The notes beneath the pieces were generated by a model, which saw only the letters and a program-made list of their open reading frames with translations, searched no databases and was not told the DNA's origin. Source: Lama guanicoe (taxonomy: Eukaryota). From it: a DNA stretch of 64,000 bases. The stretch covers positions 16,446,941 through 16,510,940 of the forward strand of contig MU054187.1 in the NCBI GenBank assembly GCA_013239625.1, read 5' to 3'. Of the stretch, positions 11,101 to 23,362 are shown in pieces. The position numbers were made by a program, and so were the translations under genes. Position 1 is the first letter of the stretch, and each line of letters begins with the position of its first letter.

Positions 11101-11347
11101 TTCCCCCTCAAATTATCAGTGTATTTCAGGAGAGCCTACGATGATATGATTTATCCAAAAGAAGAACAGCAGAGGAGTCCCAGCCCCCCAAAACCCGTTT
11201 GGAAATGTCTTCACAGGCTCCATAGCCTAGGAGGAGTGTGGTGATGTTTGCAGAATACCCCGAATGGCATCCCAAGTTTTACTTCTAATAAGCACAGACA
11301 CGTTCATTGAGCACTTACTCTGTGCCCAGTTTTAAAACGTCTCTGTT

Positions 11348-11495
11348 GGGGAGAGGGTATAGCTCAGTGGTAGAGCACATGCTTAGCGTGCATGAGGTCA
11401 TAGGTTCGGTCCCCAATATCTCGGTTAAATTAAAAATAATACACAAGCAAACTTAATTACCACTCTACTCCCTCCAAAACCCACAAAAAACAGAA
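11348..11495 (+). mobile_element. tRNA-Ala-derived SINE (camelid Vic-1-like)
   Basis: Head ggggagagggtatagctcagtggtagagcacatgcttagcgtgcatgaggtcataggttcggtcccc with A and B boxes, then an A-rich spacer, aacttaattacc and an A tail. Degenerate TSD aaaacgtctctgtt / aaaagcctctgat. Confidence 0.9.
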
Positions 11496-12729
11496 AAGCC
11501 TCTGATAACGGAGGTTGTGTCCCATTAATGTGGGAAGGACACACACCATCTTCTCTAAGGTGATGCTTCCTGTCTCGCTCTGTTCTTCCAACGTGGCAGG
11601 GACGTTAATCAGAATAAGGGCTGAATCCATATACCACTCCTCAAAAGCGTCCATGCTCTTTTTCAGCAATGGCTGGTCAGAAGACTGAGTGTGACTGCTT
11701 TCCTGGGTCATCAGTAGATGCAGGACGTTTGTGTCCTGGCTGACTCTTGTTGCTCTCCTGCTTTGGAAGACTCTATCTGTCAGCTTCAGACAAGGGCTAT
11801 GGTGGGAACTGCAGAGCTGGATAGAGCTTGGAACATTGATACTGTTCTTTAAACACAAGGATAGCACGGCCGGTGCACTGCCTAGACAATGAAGAAGAAA
11901 ACCACTCACCAAAGAATGCAGAGGGTGTCAGATTACAACCTCAGTCAGTTCCCTCATAGAACCAGGATGCTACTTCAGTCTTAGTCTTAGAGAATCTTTT
12001 CAAGTTCAGTCTACAGTACTGTCAGTGAGAATTCTGCTTAAATGTAGATTATTATAATGGCCTGTTTATTACTATCACAGATGATAACAACTATATTTGG
12101 GAACAGTTCCTTTCACTTGGTTTTATAATATTTTATTAATATTCTAGGTTTTTTATCTTTAAGGAGAAAATACTTTTGCAGCTTTGAATATAATAGTTAC
12201 ATATATGAAATATGTATATATAGATGTGAATTGAGATATTTTATTGATGCAGGTTTTCCTAAAGCCTTTTTCTTTTATTGGAAATATTAGCAAGTACAGA
12301 ATACACGTTCCTCTCTCCTCATTGCTTAAGGAGTAAATGTTAAGGTTATATTTTCTGATTAATCAATTTTTAAGGAGTAGGGTAGAGGAAAGTTAGGGTT
12401 GCAGAATTCTTTGTCCTTGGATATCTGCTGATAAAATGCAGGGTTGAAGGTGGAAAGAATGAGTTATTGATAGGTCCAACTGTATTGCTTAATTACAGTT
12501 TGGGAGGAAAACTTTAAAAGTTTTAAAATATTGATTTTCAGTCCATGATTACGTGTCCTGTGTCCAGAAGTATCTTATTTATAGAAAGAGTTGGCAAATG
12601 ACTATCTGTATATGCTTTATGAGCTATCTGATCAAAATACTCCTTCTTCTGATGCCAGATATTCCATTGTCAGTGAAACCACATTGATAATTGACTTCTC
12701 CATTGATCACCTCTTAACATGGCAGTACC

Positions 12730-12798
12730 TTTTTTTTTAAATTGAAGTATGGTCAGTTATAGTGTGTTAATTTCTGGTATATAGCACAATGTCCCAAC

Positions 12799-12838
<40 letters not shown>

Positions 12839-13383
12839 GAGACACATTTGTTTTCATATTCTTTTTCATTAAAGGTTATTACAAGACATTGAGTATAGTT
12901 CCCTGTACTATACAGAATAAATTTATTTTTCATCTGTTTTTGTATATAGTAGTTAATATTTATAAATCTTGAACTCACAATTTATCCCTTCCCACCCTTC
13001 CCCTGGTAACCATATGATTGTTTACTATGTCTGCAAGTCTGTTTCTATTTCATAGATGAGTTCATTAGTGTCTTCTTTTTTCTTTCTTTAGATTCCTCAT
13101 ATGAGTGATATCATATGGTATTTTTCTTTCACTTTCTGACTTACTTCACTTAGAATGACAATCTCCAGCATCTGTGTTGCTGCAAATGGCATTATTTTAT
13201 TCTTTTTTATGGCTGAGTACTATTCCATTGCATAAATATACCACAACTTCCTTATCCAGTCATCTGTTGTTAGACATTTAGGTTGCTTCCATGTCTTGGC
13301 TATTGTATATAGTGCTGCTATGAACATTGGGGTATGAACATTGGGGCATGTATCTTTACAAATTAGAGGTCCCTCTGGATATA
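12730..13383 (-). mobile_element. 5'-truncated L1 (artiodactyl-type 3' UTR plus ORF2 C-terminus)
   Basis: Poly-T then attgaagtatggtcagtt. Minus ORF 13220-13453 contains PMFIAALYTIAKTWKQPKC..DDWIRKLWYIYAME, the L1 ORF2 C-terminal motif. Internal (TA)n(CA)n and a 14-bp tandem duplication tatgaacattgggg at 13319-13346. Confidence 0.93.
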
Positions 13384-13439
13384 AAATGGCACTAATTTTT
13401 GAAGCAAGAACATACTGACAACAGTCATAATAAGTTAAA

Positions 13440-13575
13440 TGTTTTATGTGCATTATCTCATTTACTTTTCCCAGTTGTTCTACATTGTGATCCTTATTTT
13501 AACATATGAGGAAACTGAGACTCAGAGCACAACTCCTTGTTCAAGTCTTCACGGATTGTAAGAGCAGAGTTTTCA
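13440..13575 (-). mobile_element. MIR fragment
   Basis: cattatctcattt...atgaggaaactgagactcagag MIR core. Confidence 0.7.
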
Positions 13576-15994
13576 CTTTGGCTTCTTCTCAACCCAAACC
13601 CTCACCTGCAGTATGAGGCTTTGCTGAGGAAAACATTTTGTTGTACTTGAGGGTGGGAAGAGCAAGGAATGGGAAAGGAAGAGAAAGGCTGGGAGCTTCA
13701 GAGGCAAATATACAATTTTGTCTAGGGCTTAATTATTTTGGAGCCCACTTTGACTCCTTCAAGTTACAGATTCCCTTCAAGAGATTGCAGACGCGATGTA
13801 TTAAGAGCCGGCCAGTAGGCTTTACGCGTATGGCTGCAGTCAACTGGAAATGATGTACTTACACCTGTTGGGTCGTCTCCAAGCCGGAAGGAGAGGCTCA
13901 TGGTTAACATTGTTGCCTATTTCCTGTGTCACAACAGAATTCTTTCACTTTAAGGAAACTTCCTTTTACTGGCATCAGTGGGTGTTTGGTTTATTAAATA
14001 GAAAGGACTAATAGAATATTTATCACTTCTAGTGCCTGAGCTCTCAGTCCTTGCAAGTTAAGCACCTTTGGAAGCTGCATTAATTCATTCGGGTCACCAG
14101 GGTATTTCTGCAGTAATGTACTAAATGGTACCCTGCTGACCTGGAAGAAGGAATATGCCTCCCTAAGCATTTAACTTACTACACAGCACCAAGTAACCAT
14201 TGGCTGCTCTCTGCTCAGAGCCTGAATCTCCTCTTTTGTTTTCCTGACATCCTTCTAACTATTGGAGGAAGTCCTATTCTTTTGATACTTAACTAGAATT
14301 TTGAGAAACAATCTTGTTTTGAATTATTATTATTACTATTATTATTTTTTTTACTTTGATTTCTTAGTTTGATCCATTTTAGTCCCAAAACTCCAGGAAT
14401 TTTCTTTCCACCGAGGGTTCTACTGGACTCCCTTCCCCTCTCTCCTTGAAATTTTGCTAATGATGCCAAAGAAATGGCCTAAATCTTTTTAGAACTATTT
14501 ACATTGACTTAACTCAAAGATGCTTGAGGAAATCTTGCCTTCCTGAATCTGGCTGCCAACCCTGCAAAAAAATTCTCAGTCATAGACACTGCCACAGTTG
14601 ACCGCGTTCGTTAATGAAATATTCTTTTAATGGAAAGTAAGAATAGTCTTAGTTTTAAAGTGACAGAATTATTAGCAGGACAGAAGCTCCTAATACCAAT
14701 CGCTGGAGTGTGTATAGTATGCAGGGACATTTGGAGAATTAATTAATGTGCCATCTCTTTCAAAGACTTTAAATATTTCTAAGTATTTATTTGGCAGGCC
14801 TGAAAATAACACTAGCATATGTCCTTAGGGCCTGAAGTCATTCATTACTCAGTTGTGGGAAATCGGGTAGCACGTCTAATTGCCATCACCTCTGGAAGAG
14901 TGTCAGTTCACAAAGTGTCTCCTTTAAACCCAGTATACGTTCAGTATTTACCGTTGAGTCACAGGGTAACAGACAGCAGACATGATGGGAGGAGGGGCCA
15001 GGATTTCCAAACTGACACCAAGTAAGACTAGTTTTTCTGAAATAAGATTAACACGCTAAGAGGGGAATTATGTAAACGGCGGAATATACTTCTCAGAATT
15101 TATTTTATTTGGTGAATTTACATTACACAATACTTTAGAAGGGAGAAGTCTCTCTCCTAATTACCATGCAATGCTATCACGACTTTTTAAGCAGAGGCCC
15201 CTCCAAGTCTTTTGAGAAATCATTTGGCTAAAAGCAAGTTCTGGTTTATTTTATTTGTTTTGGTTTATTACAGTTTTTATTAGCAAATTAAGTAATTTAA
15301 AAAACACATTTGGATGGAAGAATTGTACCAAGTTTTTCCATGATGAGTCTTCCCTGAGAAGATACTCCCCAGGCTCATAACCAAATTCCTTAAAAATAGA
15401 TCATAGGGGAATTCATAAATGACTTTTTTTAAAGAGAAATACAGTCTTTGGCTCTGTTAATTCCTTAAATATTAGAAAAACTAAGATGGGCTTTATGAAG
15501 AATTACTTAGTTTTTAGAGCATTCATTTTTAACACAGCAATAGAATTACCATCTTTAAGTCATAAATGCATAAATCTCTTCCAAATGGCCTAATTTTGTC
15601 AACATTTACTTAGATGTATGTTTTGAAATAGACTCTCAGGTAGAATATATACTTGTAAGTTCCTGGAGCAGGTACTAATTCATTTCATTCCTTCCTGTAC
15701 AGCTGTAGTTATCCCTTTAAATATCATGGTTTCGTAACTTACTGGAAAACCATTGATACAGAAATACATTGAGAATTAATTTTTTTTAAAGACTGTTAAC
15801 GCTTTTCCAAAAAGCGAGCCATTTAATTCTTTATCAGTGAGTATAGAAGGATGTGGCTATACTCAGGTCTCATGTGTTTGGTGATTAAAAAGACAAAATG
15901 CCAGTACTCCCATGATGTTTTCAGTATGTATCCAGGGAGACAACTTACACCTCTTTTGCTTAAACCCTGGGACAAATTGCATGCATGTGTGGTT

Positions 15995-16035
<41 letters not shown>

Positions 16036-16036
16036 G
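15995..16036. repeat. Compound (TG)10(AG)11 microsatellite
   Basis: Read directly from the sequence. Confidence 0.97.
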
Positions 16037-16760
16037 GAGAACACAGTATAGGCAGACTTACTTTAAAAAATTGATGAAGATTATGAGTTAATCATTAATG
16101 CCCACTTATTTTGTTTTAAAGTAGATTGCAGAAATCTCTTCCTGCACATTGTAAGTGTTCTGAGTCCCTGGAGATAATAAACCTTTGATGATGTTGTGCA
16201 AGACTCGTCCACAGGCCCTGAAATCATTTCTGTATGTACACATGACTAATCAAAGGTTCAGGGAACAGGATATGGTTTGGTAAAAGTGATAGGTGCTCCA
16301 AAAAGTAAATGGCCTCACTAATTGTGGGAGAACATGTAGCTGCTTTTCCCCTACGGAAAGGCAGGTCCGTGTCCCTCCATAGGAGCACATATCTTTTTAC
16401 AAAGACTTGAGCACTAAGTCTTTTCAAAAGTTACCTTTAAAAGCAGAGGTTTCCCCACATTAATATCTACCTAATCGGCACTCTCTTCTTTTCTTGTCTT
16501 CAAAGTCACCACAGATCACAGCAAGATGCTTAGGCTCAAAAGTATCCTTGAAATTCAGGGAATTCGGTCATCAGAACAAGTATCCTCTTAAATTGATCAA
16601 CTGTCAGATGTCTGTGCTGGGGAAATGATGGAATAAGACAGGACTCTCAGTAATTGAGCATGAAATTATATAGGAAAATATGAGTCCAAGTTTCAAGAAA
16701 TCAGCTCTGAATTAGGAGTGCGCTGAAGGTCGAGGCCGTTGTCTTCTGCTTTGCTACTGC

Positions 16761-17330
16761 TATTTTTTAATTTGCAATAGATTCATTGAGATATAACTCA
16801 TATATCACGAAATTCGCCTATTTAAAGCATACAATTAAATGTTGTTTTAAGAATAGTCACAGAATTATGCAACCAACACCACAACTGATTTTAGAACATT
16901 TTCAACACTCCAAAAAGAAATCTTGTGCCATTTACTGCAACCCCCTACTCTCCACCCCCAGTAATCCCAGCCTGCTCTGTCTCTGCCCTAAGCAACCACC
17001 GGTTGCTTTCTGTCTGTATAGATTTGCCTATTCTGAACATTTCGTATAAATGGAATCATGCGCTATGTGGTCCTTTGTGACTGGCTTCTATCACTTAGCA
17101 TGATGTTTTCAAGATGCATCCATGTTGTAGCATGAATCGGTACTTCATACTTTTTTGTTATGGCATTTTTATGGTTTACATAAACCACATTTTATTTATC
17201 CTCTCATCAGTTGATGGGCATTTGAGTTGTTTCCACTTTTTGCCTCGTATGAATAATGATGCTCTGAATGTTTGCATACAGGTTTTTGAGTGGACATATG
17301 TTTTTGTCCCTCTTAGTGATATACCTAGAA
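16761..17330 (-). mobile_element. Older L1 3' end (L1MB-like)
   Basis: attgagatataactcatatatcacgaaattcgcctatttaaagcatacaatt...ctggcttctatcacttagcatgatgttttcaagatgcatccatgttgtagcatg...gatgggcatttgagttgtttccac. Confidence 0.85.
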
Positions 17331-17359
17331 CTGTACTTCCTGCAAGGGCAATCATTAAT

Positions 17360-17717
17360 TTTTTTTAATTTTATTTTTTTTGAAGTGTAGTAGATTTACA
17401 ATGTTAGTTTCCAGTGTACAGCAAAAGGATTCAGTTATACACATACATACATATGTATATATTTTAGGTTCTTTTCCATTATATGTTATTATAAGAAATT
17501 GAATATCATTCCCTGAGCTATCCAGTAGGTCCTTGTTGTTTATCTATTTTATATATAGTAGCGTGCATCTGTTAATTGCCAACTCCTAATTTATCTCTCC
17601 CATGCCCTTTCCTCTTTGGTAACTATAGTTTGTTTTCTATGTCCATGAGTCTGTTTTGGTTTGTAAATAAAATTTGTATCATTTTTTTTTGTTTTTTTAG
17701 ACTCCACATATAAGTGA
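17360..17717 (-). mobile_element. Younger L1 3' UTR fragment (artiodactyl-type)
   Basis: Poly-T then tgaagtgtagtagatttacaatgttagtttccagtgtacagcaa...tagactccacatataagtga; homologous to the copies at 12730 and 42463. Confidence 0.88.
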
Positions 17718-17887
17718 GCAACACAAAATTAACGGGTCTCTCAGTACTGCGGTCATTTCCTATTTGTCCCTGATCAGCTCCTTTTCCCATTTCCTTTAAA
17801 GAATATTACAAATGTTTATCACTCTCCCAATGCTTGTTATTTATCTTCTGCTCCACAGCCAGTAAGTCCAGCGAGAACATTAATTTT

Positions 17888-18125
17888 AACATTTATTGAG
17901 CACTTACTAGATGGTAGATAATCTTCTAAGTTCTTTAACTATATTAACTCATTTGATTCTTAACAGCAAACTTACTAGGTAGGCACTGTTGTTGTACCCA
18001 TTTTGAAGATGAGGAAACTAAGGCAATGAAAGCATAATTCATTTATCCGAGGTCACATAGCTGGTACCAGTGCCAGCAGAGTCAGGCTTTACAGTCAGAT
18101 TGACTGGTTCCAGCACCCACAGTCT
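17888..18125 (-). mobile_element. MIR, near full length
   Basis: aacatttattgagcacttact...cccattttgaagatgaggaaactaaggc...aggtcacatagctggt. Confidence 0.85.
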
Positions 18126-20694
18126 TCAAGAGGACACTTTGTTGCAGTGAAGATACGTCGAGAAAGATGCCTGGAAAGGAAGGCCTTGTTTATGGCAGAA
18201 GCGAGTGGACAGAAGAGGGTGACTATAATAGTTGATCTGAGAGAAGGACATTCTCTGAGACGGGAAGACAAGAAGTGATGAAGAGATGGATAGAGATGTA
18301 GAGACTGTGGGAGGGGGAAGCGAGGGATGGCAAATTAGAAAAATCACCGATAACAGTACGTAGGTTTTTAGCCCTTTTTAAAGTCAGAATGCAAACCATT
18401 CTTTGGTTCATATGATGCTCTTAGAAAAATATCTGTGAACGGAATTCTCCATAGTTGTAGGAATGAAAAATTGGTATCTGCTGATAACTTAAAATGACTG
18501 AAGCGTGTTTTGTTAGACGGATGTTCCAGTGGTACACAGAGGCTTGTCTGTCCTCCTCGCCCTTTGCTGGATCCCAGAGCTGAGAGAAGCAGACACAGGG
18601 TTTATGAAGCAGTTCCTGTCTTCAAGCAGCTCTCCAGGTTTTAGAAGAAAATACACAATACTTTTGATCTCTGCTTGATTCTCCCTTGTGAATTGTCCCT
18701 GTTAACAGCTTTTCTGAATTCCAGAAGTTTGTAGGATGTCTTTGGTACTCTATATAACACATTTTAACAATGTTGACTCCTTTGTGTCATCGAGACAGTT
18801 AATATTTAGATTTCCTGTCTGGGGGAAAAATTAGAATCCCACCTCGCAGAACTTTGGTAAAGTGGTTGTTTTCACACAAGTAAAAGTGTTGTCCCGTTGT
18901 TGAAAAATAATGCATACAACAGTATAATTTAAATATTCTTTCCCTTTTTCCTTCCCACCTATGTGATCTTTGTGAGCATGTTTTTTTATGTTATCAGAGT
19001 GGTAGAGATATGGATAAAGTGAAAACTACTTGCTGCTTTTTTTTTTTGCTAGCTAGAAGGACATTTTTCTTTTTGTAGATATAAAAGCATAAATATACCT
19101 GTTTCTAATAGCTACTCTAATTAATGACTGGTAAAACAGTCCTGATATTCCATCTGTAGCTATTTCAGGCATCACCCTATTTTATTCAAACAATTATAAA
19201 TGACCTTGATGTTTTCATTTTCCAGGGACTTCCTCATCTTCATAAAGCCTATTAACAGGGGTAGGGTGAGGTCAGAGGTTTCTACTGTCAGAACATCCCG
19301 TTGAGTAATTTCTTCTTTCTGTTTTGCTATGAAAAAATGTTTTTAAGGCAAAATTATGCAAGAAAACATGATAAGTTCCCATATTATCTCAGACCGAAAG
19401 ATTCTCTGGAGCTGTTTTCTTGAGTCTGAAACACAGTGAGACTGAAAGATGGGATGACCATTTCAGCCCTTATGTCCATGGACATCAGTGATTTTAATAA
19501 CCATTCACATGGCGGGTATCGCTTTGGATACCCTCTGCTATTAGTATCTAGGGGGTGGAGTGTGGTGGGAGGGTGTGGGGTGATGTCTCAGGGAAAGGCA
19601 GGGGAGATACCCACGTCCGTCTCCCCGTAGCCCTCTGTAACTCAAGGAAAGTTTAAAATAAGAGCTAGGCATTCACTGTCTTGAAGTGTCCAACTGACTT
19701 TCTCACTCTTTATGTGGTTTTTGGCAAGCATCTCTGTGCCTTAGTTAATACATTAGTAAATGGAGAAGAAAACACTCCGCTGAGTTCTGTAGATCTTAAT
19801 TAAGGTACAAAAATAGCCTTGAAGACATATTCTGAGACGAAAGCTCTTCTTATATGTGGAAAATACTGCTCATGTCTTGTCAGCTCATCTCCTCCGTTGG
19901 CGTTGCTTTTCGTACTGGGAGATAACTTCTGCTTTTCTTATTATTGCTAAGACACTCTCCTTTTCCATTTCTGTAAGTGCCCTCGGTTACACTGTTCTAT
20001 CTAGGACTTGTGGTTCCTGAAAAGCCATTCCTAACTTCCCCTCTCCAATCGGCCTTCAGCTGAAATTTGCTTTGAAGAGAAATGTAGCTACACTCATCAG
20101 CTTGAAAATGGGTAAATTTAGCTCATAGAAAATAACTATTTGTGTCTCCTTTTATGTGCTTTACATTCACTATCCATTCTTCTTTAGAAGTTTGTCCGCG
20201 AAAAGGAACTGTGTGTTACACTTTTAAATACCAGTTTTCAAGCCTGCCGAGTGTGAAATTGCAAATGTTTGGTAGCAAGGGGAGCTCACACAGCTGAAAA
20301 GTATGTTTAAAGCTTCTGTGTCTGGCATTAATTTTGCTACTGCCTTTTGGCTGGTACCACAGTTTTTTCATCTGTAAAATGGGTTCTGAGTTACTGTGGT
20401 GATTAGAGTCAGCATCAGCTCAACGGCTTTTGAGATCTGGTCTAAGCGTCATCATGTCTGTCATCCTCAGAGCTGACTTTATCCTGAGTCTTAGCAAGTT
20501 TCTTGTCTTAAATTGCTGATGTCGTTACCCATTTATATCAGCTTTCAGGTTTTCCACTGTTTTGTTTAATCTGCAAGTGTATGTTTATGTATTTTTCTTG
20601 TAAACAGGAAGCAGGGTAATAAATCACATACAGAGAAATAACTGAACTACGCCTCTGAATCTCCTGTGCTTTTCTTACTTATTTGACTGATCAT

Positions 20695-20870
20695 CTCATT
20701 AATTCATTTGTTGAGAGCCCACTCTGTCTGACCCTGTGTGGGGGGAATAAGGAGATGGCATCAAACAAGGCAGACTCAGGTCTCACTCTGGTGGCACTGA
20801 CAGTTTAGTGGCGGAGACAAACACTAAACACATGATCACACAGTAGGCAAAGAAATAGTTACCTACCGCC
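20695..20870 (-). mobile_element. L2 3' end fragment
   Basis: cattaattcatttgttgagagcccactctgt...ctgacagtttagtggcggagacaaacactaaacac resembles the reverse-complemented L2 tail. Confidence 0.6.
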
Positions 20871-21229
20871 GTGAACAGATAATATTAAGTAGTTGTTTTC
20901 GATTCGGAACGTTTACTTGTGTCACTAGTAAGTAGGTATTTGTGTAAGTCAAACTCTTCCTCTAATCTTGGAAGAAAGGGAAGAATTTGAATAAGACCCT
21001 GGATCGAGGTATTTAGAAAATTAGACGGGGCTGAACCGAATTGACTTCACTAAATATTGACTGTCACGTAGAGGAAGGCATTTATTTACCACTGAGCGTT
21101 GGGCAGAGTGAAAGCACTTTCAAGCTTTTTGGAGTCATGAGACTTTTCTGTGAAAAGGCATTCTAGAAATGGCTGTGGATCCAGTTGACAGATTTGTACA
21201 GCAGGTGTAGTATGGAAGGTTAGTTGGCC

Positions 21230-21360
21230 TTAAGCTGACCATTAGACTCCCCGTTGGAACTTTTAAAACATACTGATTCCAATGCCACCGCATCTAGGGG
21301 TGCATCCAGGAATCACTTTATTTAAATGTGTGATCATCAGTTAGACTTGAGCATCACTAG
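21230..21360. mobile_element. Possible MER5-like hAT DNA transposon relic
   Basis: cattagactccccgttggaacttttaaaacatactgattcc...ccaggaatc...ttgagcatcact resembles MER5; highly diverged. Confidence 0.45.
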
Positions 21361-23232
21361 TGCGTTTTGAAGGTCACCGTCAATCTGAAGACTCCTGAGA
21401 AGATAAGGACTACGGCACGTGTGCTGAGCTCAGCTCTGTTAGCGTCTGTCCTTCCCACATTCAGGAGAGAGAAATTATGCCCTCTGTTGTCCCCTCTGCC
21501 ATTCCCCATTCCTAGACTAAGACTTTGCTAGAGTCTGTGGATACTGAGTACTCTGTCCAAGGAAGTCCTGGAAGGCATGGCCCTCTGTCTCTCTCCTTGT
21601 TTTGCTTCTAAGAACCTGACTTGATATACCCCCCACCCCCCAAAAAAATTCTATCTCGGTAGGAAAAATGGCAAACTTATAAAGAAAACCTTTCTGTACA
21701 AAACAGCTGTTCTTTTGTTGAAGGTCTGGCACTTGAGTGAGCTGTTGGGCCAAGAAAGCACTTTCTGAGTCCAGATGTTGGTTAAAAAATAAATAAATAA
21801 ATAACACTCAGGCCCCTGGATTGAATTTTGTAGGAATATCTTTGCCGGTGAATTTTTGGAATCACACTTTGTCTCATCAGAGATGCAGAAATCCACCCTC
21901 CCTGTACATAAAGATATCCCCTGGCAGCAGATCGAGTGTGTTTTCTGAATAGGAATCTGACAGGTCTCGGGAGAGCCAGCTTCCCCAGGCCTGCTGGGTT
22001 GTATGCTCATTTGTAGCTCACTGAAATGATGCTGTGATTTTTCATTTTCTTGCTATTCTAGGAAGGCAGATTCTCAGGTTTGTTTTTTGAGTTTTACTTC
22101 ATATCAGCATAGTCTCTCTCTCTTTCTTGCCATAGATACGGGTATCAGTGTATGTGTGCGTCGGGTGTGTAAGGGGGTGAGTGTGTGTGTGTGTGTAGGT
22201 ATGTATGTCTATCCCTTTATCTTGTTAATGAAAGAACTGTGTTTTGTATGTTCTATAATTTGATAATTTTCTTTTAATGACATCTGTACTTTTCTTTTCT
22301 CCCAAAGCATCTAATATGTACAAATGTGCTGGCAGGTACAATGACAACCAGTGCTAAAAAGAAGCCAAAAAATATGGTGCCCAATTTCATGACCAACAGA
22401 CTGTACATTGTCAGAACACACAACTCTGGAAAAGTTATTATAGTTAAGCACTTGCAAGTTACAGACTGGATCTTTGTTTCAGAAAGAAGTAACTTTTCTA
22501 TAGATCACTTTAAGATAATCAATCAGTTCTGTGCTGACCCCTGAGCTACTGTAAAATGCCAATGCCAAACTGTGTCTGAGTCCCACTGGCGGTATTAAGC
22601 CAGGGTCCCACAAAGGAGCAACGCAAAACAATCTGCTTTCGCACAGACTGAAAGAACTGACTAATAAAATCACTGAGTTATTTGCTGAAAAAAATCAAAC
22701 CAGTTATTTCAAGATTTTGCTAATGATTTGATTGGCTTGATCAGTTACTTGAGTCCAGTTGGAGCATGTAGGTCAGTGCAGAATAGAAGTTTCCCATCCT
22801 GCCTGGGGCTAGCCTGGGCGTTTGGTTATTTAAGGATAATGTTCCATAAGCACGTGTGAGTGTACTATAAACCTTATGAGGTTTGTGCTCAAGTAAAAGA
22901 CATAGTCCAGTGTTGTATGTTTGTGTGACCTAGAGCATTTTGCTCTACAGTAACAGACATTATCATCTTCCTTTGCCAGTAGAAATACAAGGACTTGTCA
23001 CAGTCATCGTCTTTTGATACCAGTTAGCAGTGTCACAAATTAAAGCATTAGTGGATTTGTGTTGCTTGGGGAAGCAACTGATGTAAAAGACCAGAGATCG
23101 AGGAGATAAGGTAGTTGACTGTGTCGTGATTCTACATATCATGGGGTCTCCACACCGGTGGTTGACACCTCTGAACATACCTTCACAGGCAGCTCAAATG
23201 AATAGTTCATTAGACGAAAGATGTATCTTGGT

Positions 23233-23362
23233 GGGGAGGGTATAGCTCAGTGGTAGAGTGCGTATGCTTAGCATGCACAAGGTCCTGGGTTCATTCTCCC
23301 ATACCTCCACTAAATTTATACATACATAAAACATTAAGATACATCCCCAAAGGAAAAAAAAA
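23233..23362 (+). mobile_element. tRNA-Ala-derived SINE (Vic-1-like)
   Basis: ggggagggtatagctcagtggtagagtgcgtatgcttagcatgcacaaggtcctgggttcattctcccatacctcc followed by an A-rich tail. Confidence 0.92.

Noticed and set aside
11348..11420. tRNA-Ala-like sequences (also at 23233, 54420-54493 and 57235-57311)
   Set aside because: They are SINE heads: followed by family-specific tails and A-rich ends, mostly with TSDs, mutually diverged, and without an intact acceptor stem.
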